A stretch of DNA of 50,018 nt, filler included, from Jimgerdemannia flammicorona (lineage: Eukaryota), in assembly GCA_003990765.1 (NCBI GenBank). It is 2 parts of 2 records of this genome, joined end to end, with 100 filler letters (N's around TTAATTAATTAA, not from the genome) between each part and the next. Parts side by side here need not be neighbours in the genome. Positions count along the whole stretch, not along the records: positions 25,065 to 50,018 come from RBNJ01000899.1; 1 more part is not named here. One strand, 5' to 3'. Both the position numbers and the translations under genes were made by a program. Below are positions 25,065 through 37,609 of this stretch, one piece after another. Under the pieces are notes generated by a model. It was given only the letters and a program-made list of their open reading frames with translations, was not told the DNA's origin and made no database searches. Numbering within the stretch: position 1 is the stretch's first letter; every line of letters begins with the position of its first letter.

Positions 25065-26136
25065 AAAAAAAAAAAAAAAAAAGAGAAAGTAGCTCTCTTA
25101 ATATCTAAGTACTGTCTGTTATACTTTTAATTAATCTAGTCTCCTTCTGACAGACTTGGATAATAATTTGACAATTATAGACTTTAATTCTTTAAAGTCT
25201 AAGTTCTTTAGTATATCTTTTTTAGATATAGTCTAATTCTGAGAATTATATTTAGATTTTTCAGAGTTCAAGTATTTATAGAGTTCAGGATATCTAATTT
25301 TAGATATAGTCTTCTTATTGGAGATTATTCTGGGACTTATTTATATATTATAAACTTAAGTCTTTAATTGTTCTTTTTATTCAATATTCTGTAAATTCTA
25401 AATGTTCTTAAGTCATTTCTAGAGGTATTTATACATTTTGAAGATCTCTCAATATTAACTAACTATTGGCTAAAAGATATAAGATAAAAAGTTACTAGAA
25501 ATAATATAAAGTTACACCATAATAATATTATTATAAAGTCATAATAATGTTATTTAATAATATCATTTTTATATATAAACTATAAAGTAATTATTCTGAG
25601 ACTTATAATATAGTATTTTATTATATTATATAATAATAATAGACTTCTGTGAAAGGGGTTAAGATCTCTCTTAGAGGTTTGAATTTAGATGATATAATAC
25701 TAGACTTTTCAGAGTCTAGTTCTGATCTTGTGATCTTAGATAATAATATAGACTAGTGAGACCAGTCTCATATTAGCTAGTATAGAAAATTCTTGTGACC
25801 AGATATTTATAGATATCTGGACCTAAGAAATAGATACTTGGAATATATAGACTAATAAGTCTATTAAAGATATTATTCTCACATATAGTATTCTAAATAG
25901 ATTCAATTTATCTAAATGAGATTCAATTTAGATTCATTATATAGGGCATACTGTAATAAAACCAGACAAAGTAAACTTTTGATGTTACTCACTTTTGCTC
26001 ACCCCTTCCTACAACCTTTCAATTATTCAATACCCATCATACATAATAATTACAACAAGCAAGCTGAAATATAACCTACAATTCTTTCTTTATTATTATC
26101 TCTTGCTACTTTTTTTTTTTTCATAAAAAAAGTATT

Positions 26137-27775
26137 ATGACCAAAAAAGAATATTTTAATTGTAAAAATACTAAAGAAGGATTAACTATCAACTGATGAG
26201 ATCAAGAAGAAAGAGAACACATTGAATTTTGTTGTTGAGGATGTGCCAAAACTCTCCTGCAAAAAGAATTAGATGAAAACACTAACAAAGATTAAGAGAG
26301 AAATAAAATAAAGCTCTTTAATCAAGCCTTACAAAAATGTAAAAACAAAGAGAATTTTGATTGATCTTTTCAGTATAGAACTCTTAATCAAAAAGGCAGT
26401 GGCAGATGAGATCGAATAACCATCTGCTGTAATCAATGTCGAATTATGTTAGACTGAGATATTATAGCTTATAAAGACAGTTGAGGGTATAAATATTCCC
26501 AATGCCATAACTGTTACCAATAAATTAAAACTGGAAAACAAAATGATCATTTTACTTGAAAAGATAATAATACTCTAAGTTTTATTTGTCCAAAAAGTGT
26601 TGAAGGAAGTGAACTAGTTTGCTATATATGTGATAACATCAAAGTATATAAAGAAGGAACTGTATATTCCAGTACAGTTTTAAGGGCCAACTCTAAAGCT
26701 CATATAGTAATATCTACCAAAAGATATGCCGAAAACCTCAGAGAGATAACTCAGCAAGAATGAGCAGATATCTTACCAGTGCTAAAGGATACTATCAATA
26801 AGATCGATAGGAGTAAAAACCCTCTTGAACATGATCTAAGCATTGTGTTTAGAATATTAGGAGGACAAAACTCACTCTATTTTTATATGTGAATAGTTCC
26901 TAAATATAAAAAAGATTATGGTAATGTAGTATATCACTACACATACTATAAACAAGTTACTCTTAAATAAATAGAATTAACAAAAAGAACACTAAAACCC
27001 GACTCTGATAACATTATTGCTAAAAAGAGCAAAATTAAATAATGAAACTACTTTTGGGTATACTGTTATTTCTACCAAAAATCATTTACCCAATGATATC
27101 AATGCCATTGATCAAGAAACTTGGAACTAAATTGGAGAAATCTTCTATGAAATCATGAGAAAAATGGAAGAAGGAATTAATTGTCATAATTTTACTATTT
27201 GTCGTTACCTAGGAGAAAATTGTACTAAAGCCTGAAAGGAAGAAAAATGAGAGGGCACTATTATAATTCATGATGATTATCATCACAAGTTCAAATTCCA
27301 GTAAGCATTGTTTCCTAGATTCATATTACAAAAATGATGAAGATAGTATAGACTAATTAAAAAAGGTGAATTAATGGGTTCAATGAAAAACAAAAGAATG
27401 GCATTAAAATTAAGAGATCCAGAAACTTATTATGCTATCTGAAAAGGAGATAAAGATTATCCAAAATACAAAAAAGAAGCTCTGGCAGAATGAAAGAAAA
27501 ATAACTCAGAGATAGAAAAAGAGAGAGAAAGAGAGGCTTCCCAATTAATATTAAGCAGTGAAATTTAAAAATTAGAAAATATTACCAATTGAACTCCTGA
27601 AGAAGAACAAGAATTAGAAAATAAAAGAGCAGAATTAGCTCACTTAAAAGCCCAAATAGCTAGCGAAAAACAGCCTAATTGAACTCCTTGAATAGGATTA
27701 GAAATAGTTTCCACTATTATTACTAGAATATCTATTTACTTATTAGTTAAAGAGAAAGTTAGAGAAGAGAAATAA
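26137..27775 (+). pseudogene. Mollicutes-like (TGA=Trp) gene: Cys-rich N-terminus, tandem HIT-like domains, coiled coil, C-terminal membrane anchor
   Basis: One frame runs from ATG 26137 to ~27040 with ~10 TGA, mostly in Trp-like contexts (INWWDQ, CCWGC, FDWSF, QQEWAD). HIT-like motifs CYICD, AHIVISTKRY and GQNSLYFYM.IVPKY. Tail TPEEEQELENKRAEL..PNWTPWIGL plus a hydrophobic helix. No introns seen. Confidence 0.75.
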
Positions 27776-27784
27776 AGTTAATTA

Positions 27785-29968
27785 TTACTCAATGACATTT
27801 AATACTGGCTTGAGACAAGTAATATCTTTAAATTCATCTTGAACAAAGGGGCGAATATTATGATAGAGATATTTCTGACATTTCAATTTCATAGGAAAAG
27901 GCTTAAGAACTAGAAATGACATAGCTTTAATACTCTCTATGATCTTGGAAGTCTCTAATTTACTAGTTTTCAGTAATTTGAATTCCTGGAAAAGGCTACT
28001 TATGACTTCTTGGGCTTTGATTATCCCAGGATTAGCACTGGTGAAAAGAAAATATTGAAACTTTTGCAGGTCAGGTAATTTTTTAAAATAAGTTTCTAGG
28101 CTACTTATGATGTTATAATATTGAAAACCTTCATCACCATTATAACGTCGAGCTTTGTTTAGTCTAGTGATGCTAAACCTTTTTACCATATTAACAACAT
28201 GATCTATACAATCTACTGTTGTTTTGCAATAAAGCCTTTTGATTAATCTGAAGCTACCATCACACTTGAATTTGATATAGTCTGGAACCATGAAGTTCAA
28301 TTCAATACTTTCATAATAACTACTTATTACCAAATATAAGTAAAACCAAAGAGTGGTATTGTTTTTGTTTTGTCCATTCACATTGTCACAAGTGATTTTT
28401 AAGTGCTTTTTACCTTTATTCAACTGCTTAATCCCATCAAAGACTAGACTAAGCATACCATTCAGACCTTTCCTAAGAAGTTCATTCTCATCTAGTATAT
28501 AATTAATTTGCTTATAGACCACTTCATCTTAGATACCAAATAAGTGCACTTTGTAAGCACTAAAATAATACACCTTGCCGATCTATTGATCTGAATAAGG
28601 TACATGGACATTTTGAGCTCAATTATAACTATAATGGGCCACTGTGCCAATGCTGTAGTATGGTGCTTTGTCTTTCAGTACAGAATAATTTTGGTCAGTG
28701 AGTTTTCTTTGCTCTTCTGCCAACTTGGTATTTTTGTTATAATAATTTCTCTCTAGTTTGGCTTTGGCCAGATACTCTTTATATTTCTTTAATAAATCTT
28801 GGGCCTCTTTTTCTTTATGAGCTTTGAACTGTAAGTCATTTTGCAAATACTAGTAAGTATTATATAAATCGGTCCTCGGACTCATGATTTGAATATACGG
28901 GGTTATGTAACTGGTGCCATAATTTATAGAATGTATCATACTTGAGATTATGCAATTTATTATTATTCTCCAGGCTGGCTAAAAAATCCCAGTAAACAGA
29001 TCTGTAGCTCATTTCTGCCAGTAGAAAGATAATTGATAGGGTGACTTGATTAACATTTCTTACTGGGCTAGGTAAGCCATGAACTTCAGTATAATTTAGC
29101 AAAAAATTCTTGATAGCAGTAGCAATATCAATATTGATAACCATTCTGGATTTTCACTGTGGCATTCTTTTTACATTACTATGAACCTATGGTAGAAGAC
29201 CATTCTTTAACAAATGATTTCGAATGTTTTCAAAATAATTGTGACCAATGCCAAGTATATTGAGATAAGTTTTTTGGCAAATTGGAGTGCTACAATTTCA
29301 GTAGTAAATAGTTCTATTATTGACATGAGCTTTCTTTTTAAGATGGTGGCTAGTATTGGTCACTCCTCCATCCATAGTCTTGAGTTGGGCCATTAAAAAA
29401 ATATCTTGTTTGAGTTTTGTTAGCATTTAAAAATCTTCTTGCAGTTTGGCAAATTCTTCCTTGAGCAACTTGGGTGAACAACTGCAACTACATTCTACTC
29501 TCAGAAAATAGAGAGCTTTTTCATATTCATTTATAATTATGTCATCTACTATATATATATATTTTATATATATTATGCACAGTTTGTCTGGTTTTGTTAA
29601 ATTTCTTTTCAGTATACATTAAAATATATAAGAATACCCCTATATATGATACCTGTAATATTCTACTCTTCAGAGGTTTTTCTTTTTTTTCTAAACTCTT
29701 GGGATGTTTCTGGTAATTCTTGCTTCTTAGAGTTTAATTCCTGCTGACTTCATCCAAAAATATCTTCTTGATGAGCAGTATTTATACTTTTATTAGAATT
29801 ATTAGAATTGACATATAGTTGTTGGTAAATTTCGTAGGTAATTCTCTCTTTATCCAAATATTCTTGAATAACTTTGGTGTCAGATAATTTAAAAACATAA
29901 GGAGCAATTTTCTCGCCTTGCTCTTGTTTCAAAATGCTTCTGATCGCACTATAGTTTTTGGGTTCCAT
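27785..29968 (-). mobile_element. Sola-like DDD transposase pseudogene
   Basis: AHYSYN*AQNVHVP, ITCDNVNGQNKNN, FMVPDYIKFKCDGSFRLIK (decayed GHTKF.CD..FGLIK), EVHGLPSP. Terminal inverted repeats not established. Confidence 0.7.
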
Positions 29969-30714
29969 AGTGGATTTAATGTAAATTAATTTCATATTTA
30001 TATTTTTATACAGGGATAGTCCCATATCAGGTTTTCTGAACGAAGCCTTACGGGCAATGAATGCCACAATACGAAAACCTGCTCGACACTGAAAACCTTT
30101 ACAGAAATCATGAGATTGGGATATGTATTTTATCAATGAAATGCATCACGCAAGCAAGCGCACTCTTTCTTGCTATCTCAAAGCCAATCCTTTCATGCGT
30201 CCCGTGTTCTCTCTTGCTTTATTTGAATGCCCTGGCCTTACAACTCTGTTATTTCTCTTTCCCATTGACGCTTTATTATTATTGCTTTGTGCACTCCCAT
30301 TTCATATTCATATTGACAACTGCCTAACCCTTGGAGACGGCGAATTCATAGTCTCCAGTACGTTAAGAGGGAATTGGGGAACATAATATAATCAGATGGC
30401 GAAGGTAAACTCACCACGCCCACTTCATCGCAGTTTTCAAGCACCGGAAGGGAGAAGGAAGTGTTATCTTCATGAGCAAACAAAAGATAGTGCTCTGCGA
30501 TTTTGATTTGTCGTGACGTCATGCACCTGGGCCAATTAAAGATCACGCGCAGTGGTAAAAGTGGTAAACAGATCCTGACCGTCTAAACATCTCTCCTGTA
30601 ATCAATCAAGTAGGTCCTATAGTCAGTGCCGTCTTCATCTTCCGCAAAAGCTTAATTTTCCGTAGGTTTACCCAAATACGCCAGGGACTACTTTAGTCGC
30701 GTCAACCCTCTGCA

Positions 30715-32925
30715 ATGGAGTTTGCTTCATTTCCTGGAGAAAACCGAGTCGACTCGTCCGTCTGACATATCGAAAGACAAAGTTCATAACGCCTTTTACT
30801 CGAGCCTGCGCGATATTCTCAAAGTACCGACAATGAAGGGTGACCCTGTGTATCATTCAAGATCTGAGATAGCCTCCTCCAATCCGCAAAACAAGATCGC
30901 GGTGAAAAGGTTTATTTCGCAAGAGCTGCTTGATGCAAAGGTTAGTGGGAGACGAGATGTTAAATTCGCGAGTTTGAGGAATGCCCTTACCACTCACGTT
31001 GACAGGCTGGATTCGTTCTGAACGCCGGGCGAGGATTCGTTCTGTTTGGGTGGCAGGCATTCGCCTGGAGGACTTTTTCTCTTGGGCATTCCGCTCGTGT
31101 AGTGGAGAGAGGTGCACCTTAATGGTTTCTTAGCACAATTCCATTACGACTCCAACCCCTGGCGCCTTGATGATAAGGGTCGGGATTCGTTCTCATGCCG
31201 GGGGCTCGAACTCAAGGACGTGGCTTTTCTGGTTCAAATCGGAGAGCCGGGCTTTGCCTAAGCATCCCCAGTCCTTGTTGTACATCTTTCAACGCTAATG
31301 ATATAGTTTCGTTCTATATATATATGTATCTCATTTGGATTTATACTCATCCTTTTATTTACGTCTCTTATTATTAACTGATATGCAAGGACGGAATCAA
31401 TCCAGCTAGAAAATACTGGGACAATCGAACGGTTGAAAGAACGCGGACGGCTCTTAATATCGCTAAATCCCACTTCACGTTGCAAAAGATTTCCGCGAAA
31501 ACTGTTGATCTTCTCACGGATAGAAAAGTTTGTACTTTACTATATCGGCAATTTATTTTGTTGTGCTTCTTCATCCATGGGTAGTTCACTGAGTCTTTTT
31601 TCCTGTACTCAGCGCAAACGCGGTGACGACTCTGCATCTGAAGGCGATGAAGATGAGGAGGAGGAAGAGGAGGTATAGCCCTCAGTACATTTATCGAGTT
31701 CAAAACACGCAGTACTTGCAAGTAATGATAATTATATAAACTAGGTATCCTCTGATGAACGCAACTCCTCAGTGATAGAGGGCGAAGTAACTGAAACAGC
31801 AGTAGAGAACGATATGTCAGTAGGCGAAGATGATACGCATCCTCCTGAGTTAACAGAGGTAAGGCTACAATGGGCCGTTGGAGCAATGCCACATTGAGTA
31901 ACCACGTCCAGCACCGTAATTCACTAAACACCATCGATAAACCAGTTTCCAGCAGATTTTAAGAAGTCGTTCGTAAACATTAAAGAAGAGGACAAATGGC
32001 GTCTGCGGTCTGGCCGTTATGTCGAGGACATCATGTATGAGAATGGTGTCAAACTACGACAAGAAGCGTTAGTATTACTTAACAATGAACCCTTTCTAGC
32101 ATTGCAATATCATATGCCTCATTGCGAACTCGATTTGTTTCCGCTGTAGTCTCGTGCATTCGTGGATCCTTGATACGTCTTGTCCATTAGTGAAAACTTG
32201 GTTTTCCGACCAGGAATGGCAGGAAATTTGTACTACCAACTCTAAGGATGACCCGAAAATCAACAAGTTTGTTGAGAATCTTATTCTCCGTTATGATGTT
32301 AAAACGGTCGATGCACTTCGAGCAGCGGTGATGAAGCCGTGGCTTCAGGAAGAATATAACCACCAAAAGCATTTCGATGCGGAATCTCTGCATCTAGCTG
32401 TGACTGACATGTAAGATAGTCATATTTGACGTTGATGCTTTCGCTGTGAGTTATAATGACATCAATCTTATTGCAATTTCTTGACACAGCTTACGCTTGT
32501 GGGAATCAAATTCCCTGCTTAACCAGCCGTCGAGCCTAGAGAGGTGGTATGATGTGAATGTCTGGGGTCCTCTAATCGACCGTTTCTTTTTGGACCTTGA
32601 CAGCGTCGCGCTTGTACGGTGAGTTCTTAAATGACCAGAGCTTAATAACATTAAATTTCACCACACTTACACTTACACAACTCTATTTAATAGAGGAGAA
32701 GAGTGCTCACTTGCAAGTGCCGCAAGGAAGAATGCTCAGCGCACACTCGAGACACGGCAGCGTTTAGGATCACGAGGAGATGGCATCTTCAGATCGTTGA
32801 TAACATCCGAGGAATACGGCTCTATTGAATGTGGGAAGGAGGTTGTCCCGATGGCAACAAAGACTTTGCAAGATCGACGAAAAGTTGGAAAGCTCATGAA
32901 AGATATGATCAAAGGTCGTATCTAA
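30715..32925 (+). pseudogene. Multi-exon gene of a Mucoromycota-type PD-(D/E)xK-like nuclease-fold family (Crinkler C-terminal-like), 3' truncated
   Basis: KWRLRSGRYVEDIM, VHSWILD, ERWYDVNVWGPLID, RGEECSLAS, GSRGDGIF..EYGSIECGK, KVGKLMKDM; GT-AG introns; CpG retained. Confidence 0.6.
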
Positions 32926-33449
32926 GCGAGTAATGACAGCAAGATGAAGAGCTGGACTTTTTTTTACTACAGTCTGAGGGTTTCTATCCCCTATATATAA
33001 AAAGGAAGAATTAACTGGATGTTGTCCATTTTAATAGATTTCTAAGCCAGGGCTCTCAGGACTTAATAAAGAGTAGACATTTTCTAGTATTATCTAACAA
33101 TATGAGGTTCTGGACCAAGAGTTCACCTAACTATATGCTTGTATTACATTAGGATATATCAGGCATAACATTTATCTATCTATATATATAGATAACAATA
33201 TCACTCTGATAATGTTTTATATTCTGAAAAGAAAGAACTCAACTAATGTATTGATTCTAATTAGTTCTGATCCAGTAGAACTCTTTATAGTCACTACTAA
33301 TATCTCAAACATTATTATTAGAGCTATTCTAACTCAATACAAATACTCTATTACCTATCTATCTTAGAAACTTAATGAATATGAAAAAAAAAACTATACT
33401 ATATAAAATAAAAAACTCTTTATAATCATCTGATTTAGTACTCTGAATG

Positions 33450-33745
33450 AGTCGATTCGAATCAAATTCAGATTTGATTCATCACATGATGGTTTGATCT
33501 GAATCTCAAATCCAAAGCCATTTGAATCAACTCGGATTAATCTGAATCACCCATCTGAACCACCCCAATCCGAATCACTTAATCTGAATCACTCAATCTG
33601 AATCACTCAATCCAAATCACTCAATTCGAATCACTCAATCTGAATCCTCCAATTCAAATCCTCCAATTCAAATTCTCTAATTTGAATTCTTCAATCTGAA
33701 TCTTCATCCAAATCCTTCAACTGAATCCTCTAATCCAAATTCTCC
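33450..33745 (+). repeat. ~14-bp tandem array (GAATCACTCAATCY), probably subterminal to the hAT element
   Basis: More than 15 degenerate copies lie upstream of the transposase start. Confidence 0.85.
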
Positions 33746-33850
33746 ACATGACTCATATGCTGGATATGTCCACAATACAATATATATATATATATGCATA
33801 CACAATATACATACATACATATATATGCATATACAAACACATAAATACAC

Positions 33851-36421
33851 ATGTCAACAGATCAGTCTTCAATAGTTCACAGTACTGATGATGCTTCAAG
33901 TCAAATATCTCTAATAGTTCCACACCTTCTATACAATTCTCACTCTGAAATCTGACAACATTGTGCTAAGATAGGAGATGATGTTGTTTGTAATTATTGC
34001 AGGTAAAAAATTAAGATGCACCTATTGACACTTTTTGTTTTGACATACACATGATATTATTTCATCCACCTCCATAAACTGTACCAGCCAGAAGTTCAAA
34101 ATGCTTAGTGGTATAACTTTGAACATAAATCAATACATAAAAGACAAGCACTCTGACAAAATCAAAAAGAATACAGAGATAAATAAAATTGACATCCAAG
34201 CTATAGTGGGTATATTTATCTGATTATCTGACTATTTCTATACCAACAATACCATTTAATCAAAAATATTTAGCCATACTCTTCAGCAGAATTTCAAAAT
34301 TAGCTCATTTGCTAGATTGTGTACACAGACCAGCCATTTACAACCATCGAGAGTGATCAATTGCATAGTATCTTTGGCCTCCTCAAGTATGATTTATATT
34401 TGCCAAGTACCAATACTATTCGCAAAGATGTCCTGGAGGCCTATAGGAAGGAGTACAACAATCTCTGCCAAATACTTCAGGTAAAATAAAGGTAGCACCA
34501 TGACTTTTGCAAACCGAATTATATAAAAGAGCTCACCAATTTAACCTCACATTCAATAAGCAGAATTTGGCAGGCAAAATTTCATTTACGATTGACACAT
34601 AGATATCCCCCAATGCAATTTCATTTCTGAGCATTACCAGTCATTAGATTGACCTTGATTGATAGCTTAAATCTCTCACCCTTGACTTCATCAAACTTAC
34701 TGGCCCTCATTCTGGAGACAATATTGCAGATACTTTTATTAGTTGTATCTGGGAGCTTGGGATCACAACCAAGGTAAAAAAGGAGGACTTGCCATTAGGT
34801 CAGCATTTTGAGAGAGGTCCTAAAACAACTCAGATTTTATTGATTATTTATTTTCGCATAAATTTGTCAACTGAATATTTCAAGTACAGATTTTGGCCAT
34901 TATAATAAACAATGCTACAAACAACTCAACATTTTTCAAAGTTTTAGCAGCCAGTCTCAAATAGAAAAATATAGCCTTCAGTACAGAAAGCTGTCATGTA
35001 TGATGCTAGGCCCATGTACTGAATCTCACTGTTCAGAACTATCTTATGTATATAGACAAAATATCCAAGAGAGAAGGGGCCCTGAGTATAATTTCCAAGC
35101 TGTGCAAACTGGTTATATCAGTCTGATCATCCCCACAATGACGAGACAAATTCACTATACAGTGTAGAGCAATCAATTTAATTCCAAAAGAGCTTATATT
35201 GGATGTCTGTATATGTTGAAACTCAACATTTGCAATGATTCAGCATGTGCTGGAGTTTGCTGTGGTATGCATTCTTTTTTTCTTCGGTTGGCTGAAGCAA
35301 CTTATTTCAGATAATTGAAGATTTATTTTTAAAAAAAAAAAAAACAAAAAAAGCCAATAAATTCAACAGTGGCTACTGATAAGGAAATACAGGCCAAGGC
35401 TCTAGGTGAAAGTAAGTGGGATGTACTTAGGAATGTTGTCAGAGTTTTGGAAGTAAGTGGTGATTGCTCTGGCTCTATACTCATTTTGTCTGCCTCCATA
35501 TGATATAATATCTCACTACATATAACTGCCAGTGTTTTGACGATTGTACAAAGGATATAGTCAAACAAATGACTCTGACAATAAGCTTGGCAATATCAGC
35601 ATACAACCTTCTGATTGACCAGCTAGAGAATAAGCTTGAGGATAGGCTGAAGGGTTGTGGTGATTTATGGTTGAGCTTGGATCAGAGAGATACCATGGAG
35701 GTTACTCTTAGTAAGCTCAGAAAGTACTACTCCCAAACAGATACTGCTGTATACTCAATTAGTACAGGTATGTCAATATCAGCATGTGGCCATTGCCCCT
35801 TCCAAAATAGAGAAACTCTTGCAAAAACTCACTCTTTTCTTTTCTTCAAATAGTGCTGGACCAATGCTTAAAGCTACAATATCATAAAGATCAGGACTGG
35901 GAGCAGTACTTCATTGAGAGAACCAAGCAGGCTGTAATTGAAGTGTACCAGAAAAACTATATGCCACCATAAGGTTCTGGCCAAAGTCCAGACAAATATG
36001 CTAAGGGATCTCTCCTGTTCCACATTTACTTCTGCAGAAAGAGGAAGAGGGAGCCATTAGTAAAAGAGTTGCTATCAATAGATGAACTTATCATTTACCT
36101 TGCCAGTGACTGCATGATCCTGCTGGAGGGCATGGAGGTACTCAACTGGTGGAAGGTGGGTTGTCAGGTGGGCATTGGGCCAATTTAACCCATCAATCTA
36201 ACTACTGCTCTACTCACTGGAGCATGTAGCTGTGTCAAACAAACTTCCCCAGTCTGTGTGGCATGACTTGGGACTACCTGGCAATTCCTGCCTCCAGTAC
36301 TCCTGTTGAGTGGGTGTTCTCAGGTAAGGTGGACCTCATTGCCCCAAAGAGGTGTGTGCTGAATACTGAGACAATCCAGGCATGTATGTATCTGAAGTCT
36401 TGGTGGGGCTCAGGCCACTAA
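33851..36421 (+). mobile_element. hAT transposase pseudogene (BED finger, DDE, dimerisation domain), intron-containing
   Basis: VVCNYC; KISFTIDT*ISPN..FLSITSH; GPHSGDNIA; C*AHVLNLTVQ; ILDVCIC*NSTFAM; DYLAIPASSTPVEWVFS..ETIQACMYLKSW. Confidence 0.92.
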
Positions 36422-36539
36422 AATTCAATGAGTCCTGGGGGTTTGTAAATAAGTTGGTTGGCCTTGTAGAATATATTAATACCTTTCAAAAATAATAAAA
36501 AGGTAAAAAACCCTGAAGACTCAGCCCAGAGTTTATGGC

Positions 36540-37300
36540 CTAAGTAGGCAGTGGTCAGTGGGGTTGGTGGTAGCAGTGAAGAGAGCATGCAATGTTTGTG
36601 GCTCTCTGCTAGCAGCAAGGGGCAGCCCCAAGCTATCAGTATCCAGACAGGTCAGTGGGTGGGCATGGAGTTGGCAGAGGGAGTGCATAAAATTTGTGGC
36701 CCTCCACTGGTAGCAAGAGGCAGCCCCAAGCTGCAAGTGTCCCAGTCAGGGGAGTTAACAGAGGGGGGGTTGGTGGAGGGAGGGTTGGCAGAGGGGGGGT
36801 TGACAGAGGGGGGGTTGGTGGAGGGGAGGTTGGCGGAGAGAGCATACAAAACTTGTAGTCCTCTGCCAGCAGTAAGGGGCAGCCCCAAGCTATCAGTGCC
36901 TGGGTCAGTGGGCAGGGTTGGTCAGTGGGGTTAGTGGGTGTGGGGTCAGCAGAGAGAGCATGCAAAATTTGTAGCCCTCTACTGGTAGCAAGGGGCAGCC
37001 CCAAGCCACAAGTATCCAGGATGGGCAGAGCAGGTGAAGGGAGCATGCAAAATTTATAGTTCTCCACTAGCAGTAAGGGACAGCCCCAAGCTGTTAGTGC
37101 TCAGGTCAGTAGGTGGGGTCAGTCAGCAGGGTTGGTGGGTGTGGGATCAGTGAGGGAGTGTGCAAAATTTGCAGCTCTCTGCTGGCAGCAAGAGGTAGCC
37201 CCAAGCCACAAGTATCTGGGACAGACAGAGTAGGTGGAGGGAGTGCACAAAATTTGTAGCCCTCTACCAGCAGTATAGGGGCAGCCCTAAGCTGCCAAGG
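36540..37300 (+). repeat. Higher-order tandem repeat: 7 copies of a ~43-bp core with alternating spacers, plus 15-bp G-rich units
   Basis: AAATTTGTAGCCCTCTRCYRGYAGYAAGGGGCAGCCCCAAGC recurs near 36590, 36690, 36850, 36965, 37050, 37165 and 37250. Confidence 0.85.
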
Positions 37301-37609
37301 AGTCTAGGGTGGAGAGTGCTTCTAGTAGTTAGAGGGTGCTTCTGATAGTCAGAGGGCATTTCTAGTAGTTGGAGAGTACTTCTGGCAGTTGAAGTCCACC
37401 ACAGATTTGGGTCCCGCCACTGGTTCAGATCTCATGAGCACCCTGGCCCTGTACTGTAGCACTGCATTGGCAGCACTACAAAGCAGAGCCAAGGGGTCAG
37501 TAGGGTCCTGCATAACAGCTAAGCTAGTGCTACAGAAGAGGCACCTGGCCCAACCCCTATATAAGACTGCCCAATCTACACAAAATAACTGCCTAACCCT
37601 CACAAAAGA

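Noticed and set aside
29583..29595. 13-nt inverted match to ~25957-25969 as a Sola TIR
   Set aside because: It is short and lies inside the transposase coding region, so it is likely chance.
33450..33745. Telomere-like or CRISPR-like array
   Set aside because: Degenerate 14-mers without spacers next to a hAT transposase fit subterminal repeats better.
36540..37300. CRISPR-like repeat-spacer pattern
   Set aside because: Spacers are related to each other and variable in length, repeats are degenerate, there are no cas genes, and the context is eukaryotic.
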